A stretch of DNA of 64,000 nucleotides from Candidatus Margulisiibacteriota bacterium (lineage in GTDB: Bacteria > Margulisbacteria > Riflemargulisbacteria > GWF2-39-127). Below the pieces are notes generated by a model. It saw only the letters and a program-made list of their open reading frames with translations. It did no database searches and had not been told where the DNA came from. Positions 59,048 to 64,000 of this stretch are shown one piece after another. The stretch spans positions 2,965-66,964 of the forward strand of contig QKMY01000020.1 in NCBI GenBank assembly GCA_003242895.1, given 5' to 3'. Both the position numbers and the translations under genes were made by a program. Numbering within the stretch: position 1 is the first letter of the stretch; every line of letters begins with the position of its first letter.

Positions 59048-60577
59048 TTAAGCTAAAATTTTGTTAGTTTCTTCAATAGTGTCACCAAGCACAAAAATAC
59101 TGGACACCTGCTGTTCTACTGAAGCTGACAAAGCAATCGTTTCATTTGTAACTTGAGAGGCCACAGAGGTAATGTCTTCATAATTTTCAAACATTTTTGA
59201 TGCATTATCTTTATTTTCGACTGAAACGAATTTGATTTCGGAAATAACAGAGTTTATAGCACTAAACATGGCACTAAAATCGGCAAACGATTTTGAAGTA
59301 TTATCAGAGGCCTGTTCCGTCTGCCCGATGATCGATCTGACCTCATTTCCTGACAAAAGAAGATCCTGCATCAAATCACAAATACTTTTGACTTGAAGCA
59401 TATTATAGTCAATACTGAAAATAATTTGGGACGAGGCTTCTTTTGCCTGCTGAACAAGACTAGTGCCTTTTTGAACTTCGATTGAACTATCCTGCATATT
59501 AACAACTACACCATGAATATCCTTCTGTATATCACCAATTAATTGAGCAATATTCATTGTCGCCTTTCGTGAGCGGTCCGCTAGTTTTCGAACTTCATCC
59601 GCGACAACAGCAAAACCTCTGCCATGCTCACCGGCACGAGCAGCTTCGATTGCTGCGTTAAGCGCAAGCAAATTGGTCTGATCAGAAATCTCATTAATTA
59701 CGCTGGTTATTTCACCAATTTTTTCAGATCCGGTCTTAAGTCCCTCAATTTTTAACAATGCCAACGAAACTATCCCATTAATTCGGCTCATGCCAGATGC
59801 CGCTTGGTCAATAGTTCCGACATTGTTATTTGCGAGGTTCTTTGCCCCTACAGAGTTATCAGATAACTTACGGGAATCCTCCGTTACACGATTAATAGAA
59901 TTAATAATATTGCTAACATGCTCATTTGCACTTTTTTGGTAATTAATAAAATCAACGATCTCTTGAGAAAGCACTTTTAACGCTTTTTCGTTATTGTTCA
60001 AAGTATCGACCATTTGGTCAATACTCTTTCCCTGGGCATCACTTCCCAGATAGACTTGGTCAATACTAGAACGATTCGAAAGCACCTTGCTGCACAAAGC
60101 ATCAACATTAACCTTCTGGTTAACAATCGCACTGCTCAGATTAGTAACGTATTCCTGAACATAACCAAATATCTCTGCCACCTCAAGGTTTTTGGCTTTG
60201 ACAGCTTGCAGCATAGAATCATGTTTCCTGCTCTCAGAATCATCCTGTGCCTTTTCAATGAGTTCAAAAATATAGCTCTCAATCTGTTTTAATCCTGGTA
60301 TATCTTCATAATTATTTTTTCTGCCGGGAGAAGAGCCTCCTTTTACAATCGGCAGAAACTCATCTACCGAAGATAAAATATATTTGTTAATATAGCCAAC
60401 AAAACACCCGGCCATAACTATAAGAAAAACTGAATGGAAAAGTATTTGACTTATCTCGATGCTTTTATAATGTTGGTAGTAAAAAAAACAATCAATACCA
60501 ATTTGTAAAAGCAGCAAGACACCTACTAATCCGACTATACGCCTACTCACTAAAAAAATAGAGGCCACCCTGAACAT
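59048..60577 (-). CDS. Methyl-accepting chemotaxis protein with two closely spaced TM helices
   Basis: [37 protein letters not shown]; start placed at ATG 60577 after AAGGAG. Confidence 0.93.
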   Translation of the reverse strand: MFRVASIFLVSRRIVGLVGVLLLLQIGIDCFFYYQHYKSIEISQILFHSVFLIVMAGCFVGYINKYILSSVDEFLPIVKGGSSPGRKNNYEDIPGLKQIESYIFELIEKAQDDSESRKHDSMLQAVKAKNLEVAEIFGYVQEYVTNLSSAIVNQKVNVDALCSKVLSNRSSIDQVYLGSDAQGKSIDQMVDTLNNNEKALKVLSQEIVDFINYQKSANEHVSNIINSINRVTEDSRKLSDNSVGAKNLANNNVGTIDQAASGMSRINGIVSLALLKIEGLKTGSEKIGEITSVINEISDQTNLLALNAAIEAARAGEHGRGFAVVADEVRKLADRSRKATMNIAQLIGDIQKDIHGVVVNMQDSSIEVQKGTSLVQQAKEASSQIIFSIDYNMLQVKSICDLMQDLLLSGNEVRSIIGQTEQASDNTSKSFADFSAMFSAINSVISEIKFVSVENKDNASKMFENYEDITSVASQVTNETIALSASVEQQVSSIFVLGDTIEETNKILA

Positions 60578-60910
60578 GATAACCACTCCTTTCATTACCC
60601 AATCTATAGCCTATATTCGCAATCACAACAATCATTGCATTTACAGGCAAACGTTATAATAGTAACATAAAAATTAATTGGTTATCAAGAAATTGTTTTA
60701 GTCGAATCAAATCATATATAAGCCGGAAGGCCGTAAATATAAGACCTTGAGAGCAAATAAACTAGAAACATCTGCTATCCTGATATTTAACAATAAATGA
60801 TGGAAATTATAATATACTGATGAATTCGGAACTTAAGGATCAATTTGCCCTGGTCATTTCACAAGCTTAACTGGAGTAAATTATTAGCTTTGTGTTATAA
60901 TTTTCATAAA

Positions 60911-62173
60911 ATGGATAAACTTGCATTACACGGCGGCACCCCAGTTAGAGACACGATGCTTCCATACGGAAAGCAAAGCATCGATGAACAAGACATTGAT
61001 TCGGTTATCAATACGCTAAAAAGCGATTTCCTGACTACAGGACCAAAAGTAAAAGAATTCGAAGACAAAATAGCCCGGTTCGTCGGCGCTAAATATGCAG
61101 TTTCATTCAGCTCGGGCACTGCAGCCCTTCACGGCGCAGCTTTTGCGGCAGGTTTCGGGAAAGAGCATGAGATAATCACGACGCCTTTGTCATTTGCTGC
61201 AACGGCCAATTGCATCCTTTATCAGCAGGCCACCCCTGTTTTTGTTGATATAAACAAAAACAATCTTAACTTAAGCTATAAAAGCGTATTCTCTTATATT
61301 AAACAAAACTATGTATTCCTTAACAACAATCTCGTCAACAAAAAAACAAAAAAAAGATTAAAAGGCATTATCCCGGTCCATTTTGCCGGACATCCGGTAC
61401 GGCTCGACAAATTCTACAGGTTAGCAAAAAAATATAACCTTATTATTATAGAAGATGCCGCGCATGCCTTTGGAAGTTCTCTTTATGGCTGGGGAAAATG
61501 GCAGCCAACAGGAAACTGCAGCTTTTCTCATATGGCAATTTTCAGCTTTCATCCGGTTAAGCATATAACAACCGGAGAGGGTGGGATCGTTACCACAAAT
61601 AACAGGCACCTCTATAACTATCTCTGTCAGTTTCGCACCCATGGCATTACCCGAAACCCTGACTTTCTCAATAATAATCCCGGACCCTGGCACTACGAAA
61701 TGCAATTTCTGGGAAACAATTACCGGCTGAGCGACATAAGTGCGGCATTAGGCATATCGCAACTGCGGAAAAGCTATAGTTTCCTGCAAAAGCGTGTAAA
61801 AATCGTCTCGCACTACATAAAAGCGTTTTCAAACGACAAAGCAATAATACTACCCAAAGAAAAAAAATGGGCCCGTTCTTCCTGGCATATCTTTGTTGTC
61901 AGGCTAAACCTAAAAAACCTAAAAACTACCAGAGATGAAATATTCCAGGCACTTTTAGCTGAAAATATCGGGGTCAATGTCCATTACATTCCAATATACA
62001 AACACCCTTATTATGTCCGCCAGAAACCCTACCTTGCAGGGATTATGGATACTACAGAGCGTGTGTTTAAAGAAATAATCACATTACCTCTCTATCCTGA
62101 CATGACAGAAAAAGATGTGAATGACGTCATCAAGGCCGTTAAAAAAGTGCTGGAGTTTTACAGAAAAAAATAA
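60911..62173 (+). CDS. pseC: DegT/DnrJ/EryC1/StrS sugar aminotransferase, PseC-like
   Basis: LPYGKQSI, SSGTAALH, IIEDAAHA, FSFHPVKHITTGEGG, GVNVHYIP. Confidence 0.85.
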   Translation: MDKLALHGGTPVRDTMLPYGKQSIDEQDIDSVINTLKSDFLTTGPKVKEFEDKIARFVGAKYAVSFSSGTAALHGAAFAAGFGKEHEIITTPLSFAATANCILYQQATPVFVDINKNNLNLSYKSVFSYIKQNYVFLNNNLVNKKTKKRLKGIIPVHFAGHPVRLDKFYRLAKKYNLIIIEDAAHAFGSSLYGWGKWQPTGNCSFSHMAIFSFHPVKHITTGEGGIVTTNNRHLYNYLCQFRTHGITRNPDFLNNNPGPWHYEMQFLGNNYRLSDISAALGISQLRKSYSFLQKRVKIVSHYIKAFSNDKAIILPKEKKWARSSWHIFVVRLNLKNLKTTRDEIFQALLAENIGVNVHYIPIYKHPYYVRQKPYLAGIMDTTERVFKEIITLPLYPDMTEKDVNDVIKAVKKVLEFYRKK

Positions 62174-62318
62174 AGAACTACACAACACGCGCTCTTCGAC
62201 ATATCCGGCTTTCGAAGCTGAAAAGACAATCATTGCATTTTCCCTGATTTTCTCTTAAAGAACCCACGATATATTATTAAGCATCAAAAAAAATATCGCA
62301 ACGAACTGAGTTCACTCT

Positions 62319-63122
62319 ATGCATAAAAAAATTATTACTATAAATGAACCAATTAAGACCGGATCTCTCATTCACAGGTTCTACGAAATAAACGAGCTCC
62401 ATAATAACATTAAAAATATAGATAGCTCAATACAATTACAATCTAAAAAGATTGAAGGACTGATTGTAACGATTAACGGAATAAAAACCATTTTTCCTGA
62501 CACGAATAAAACTTCCTTTACCTTTGAACCTGCAGCCGTAATAAAACTAACTAAAAAATATGCATTAACTCACCGAACCGAAAAAAACGAAGCAATTGAT
62601 CAACTTATTTACGAAACAGAACAAATGCTTCGTTCATGTAAAGATAAAAAAACCAAACTTTTAATGTTAAAAGGTTATTCTAAATTTCTATCAAGAATGG
62701 CACTAAAAGAGGAAGAACTGCGAACAAAATTGGCAGATGCTTCTCCAAATCACAAAAAAGCTTATGAAGAAATTATTACCAATCGGGACATCTCGAAGGT
62801 ATATGCTACACTCGAAAAAGCCAATAATGAGCAGTATAACGTCATTAAAGATTTGCTAAACAAGCTAAAAGAAGCTAACATCGCGTTCAACAGTTATCTG
62901 TGCACCATCATGTTGAGTGACAGGAATACCTCCCTCTACAAGACAATTGAAGAACTTGCCAGAGGCCTCGTCAATGAATCAAAAACAACTGAAATCACGA
63001 AAGAAATAGCCAAAGAGCTCCAAGCAATGAACAAAGCAACCTCAAGCAACAGAATACCTTTTAAGCTTGCAGAAGGATGCTATTCTATTATCTGTGAATT
63101 ATTACAAAATCCACTTAAATAA
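62319..63122 (+). CDS. Hypothetical helical/coiled-coil protein
   Basis: 267 aa ORF, Lys/Glu-rich, no recognisable motif. Confidence 0.55.
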   Translation: MHKKIITINEPIKTGSLIHRFYEINELHNNIKNIDSSIQLQSKKIEGLIVTINGIKTIFPDTNKTSFTFEPAAVIKLTKKYALTHRTEKNEAIDQLIYETEQMLRSCKDKKTKLLMLKGYSKFLSRMALKEEELRTKLADASPNHKKAYEEIITNRDISKVYATLEKANNEQYNVIKDLLNKLKEANIAFNSYLCTIMLSDRNTSLYKTIEELARGLVNESKTTEITKEIAKELQAMNKATSSNRIPFKLAEGCYSIICELLQNPLK

Positions 63123-63296
63123 CTAGGCCAGGAATGAGCCATTTCTTTTTGGTCCAGCAAACTTTTCATGCCCTCGCTATTTATCATTATGCAACTCCAT
63201 TATTATGTATTATAATTTTCTCTAAACAAAATAATAAGGAGAGGGCCTCTATAACATTTATTCCCCCTTGATTAACCCAAAAATGGAGATATAAGA

Positions 63297-64000
63297 TTGA
63301 GCAGCAAAGACAAACCGCTATTTGATGAACTTGATATCGAGACAAAAGCCTCGAAGCCTATATACGAAGCCGGAAAAAAACTCTATCTTGAAGGCGCAGT
63401 CGCAAACGTTGACCGCGAAAAAAGCACCTTACAGGGAAAAGTCACAGAAAACGCGAAAGTATTCTACCCGGAAATTATTGTAAAATTCGATCGATTCGTA
63501 ACCAATTGCACCTGTAATTATCAGGATGAGCCACTCTGCCCTCATGTTGTGGCACTCTCCATGGCACATATCTATGGACTGAGCCAGGAAATAGCAGCGA
63601 AGGATCAAGGATTAGACCCTACATATATCGAGCAATTCCTCTATAGGGTGAGAGATATGTTCTCCCTGGACCAGGTAGAAACCGATTTTATCCCTGGGTT
63701 TATGCTCGACATTAACCCTAAAACCGAGATGTATTCGCTGTTTCTTTATAACAAAAAAGACAATTCCATTATTGCCCAGCCGGAAACGCTTTACCATAAA
63801 ATACTGAATAACCCATATCTCACAAAAATAGAGAAAAACCTCATCAATTATTTCGTACAAAAGGAATACTGGGCATTTTTCGCGCCACTGAACTATACTC
63901 CCATAAAAAAAGGGCTCACCGAGATCTTAACTTTATTCTCAGAAGTGACCTATGTGAATCCCAAAACCATGGGTAAGTACCTACTCGTCGAGGCGCCTCT
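63297..64000 (+). CDS. SWIM zinc-finger protein, possibly the N-terminus of an SNF2-family helicase; runs off the window
   Basis: Hand translation from TTG after GGAG: MSSKDKPLF...YEAGKKLYLEGAV...TNCTCNYQDEPLCPHVVAL (CxC-x7-CxH); absent from the ORF track because it has no stop in the window. Confidence 0.8.
   Translation, partial: MSSKDKPLFDELDIETKASKPIYEAGKKLYLEGAVANVDREKSTLQGKVTENAKVFYPEIIVKFDRFVTNCTCNYQDEPLCPHVVALSMAHIYGLSQEIAAKDQGLDPTYIEQFLYRVRDMFSLDQVETDFIPGFMLDINPKTEMYSLFLYNKKDNSIIAQPETLYHKILNNPYLTKIEKNLINYFVQKEYWAFFAPLNYTPIKKGLTEILTLFSEVTYVNPKTMGKYLLVEAP

Noticed and set aside
60578-60595. MCP N-terminus MKGVV resembling the H-NOX start MKGVI (possible duplication relic)
   Set aside because: The AAAGGAG encoding KG is more simply the SD for ATG 60577; similarity does not extend further
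60600-60840. c-di-GMP riboswitch or sigma28 promoter upstream of the MCP
   Set aside because: No GEMM two-hairpin consensus or TAAA-N15-GCCGATAA was found on the minus strand
1-64000. CRISPR array, tRNA/rRNA, prophage, intact IS or defence island
   Set aside because: No regularly spaced repeats, cloverleafs, or integrase, transposase, phage or defence motifs were recognised by eye

Overview
AT-rich bacterial chromosomal window with ordinary housekeeping and envelope genes. No rRNA, tRNA, CRISPR array, prophage or intact transposase was recognised. Several beta-barrel-type exported proteins, lipoproteins and a LolA-like gene suggest a diderm. The siroheme-dependent (Ahb) heme route, FeoAB and a Bat operon suggest an anaerobic or microaerotolerant lifestyle. 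Main blocks: (i) a DapB-like reductase with an altered active-site motif, preceded by a promoter, a small aptamer-like fold and an overlapping intrinsic terminator (candidate Na+/Li+-class ON riboswitch), next to sodC and smpB; (ii) a 14 kb minus-strand run of malic enzyme, UPF0182, FmdB, MoxR, DUF58, BatA-E and an FN3 lipoprotein; (iii) malQ and leuA, whose Leu-rich leader peptide has non-canonical attenuator architecture; (iv) sppA-GNAT-feoAB, gap, a P-type ATPase, a CDF transporter and an M50 protease; (v) a LolCDE/MacB-type ABC cassette with LolA-like and outer-membrane proteins; (vi) an essentially complete Glu-tRNA to heme b pathway in two convergent operons, one headed by an MCP lacking a periplasmic sensor domain and a stand-alone H-NOX protein. 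The best candidates for new biology are the riboswitch-controlled DapB paralogue, the MCP/H-NOX/heme-supply module and the leuA leader. All family calls come from motif recognition by eye; no searches were run.
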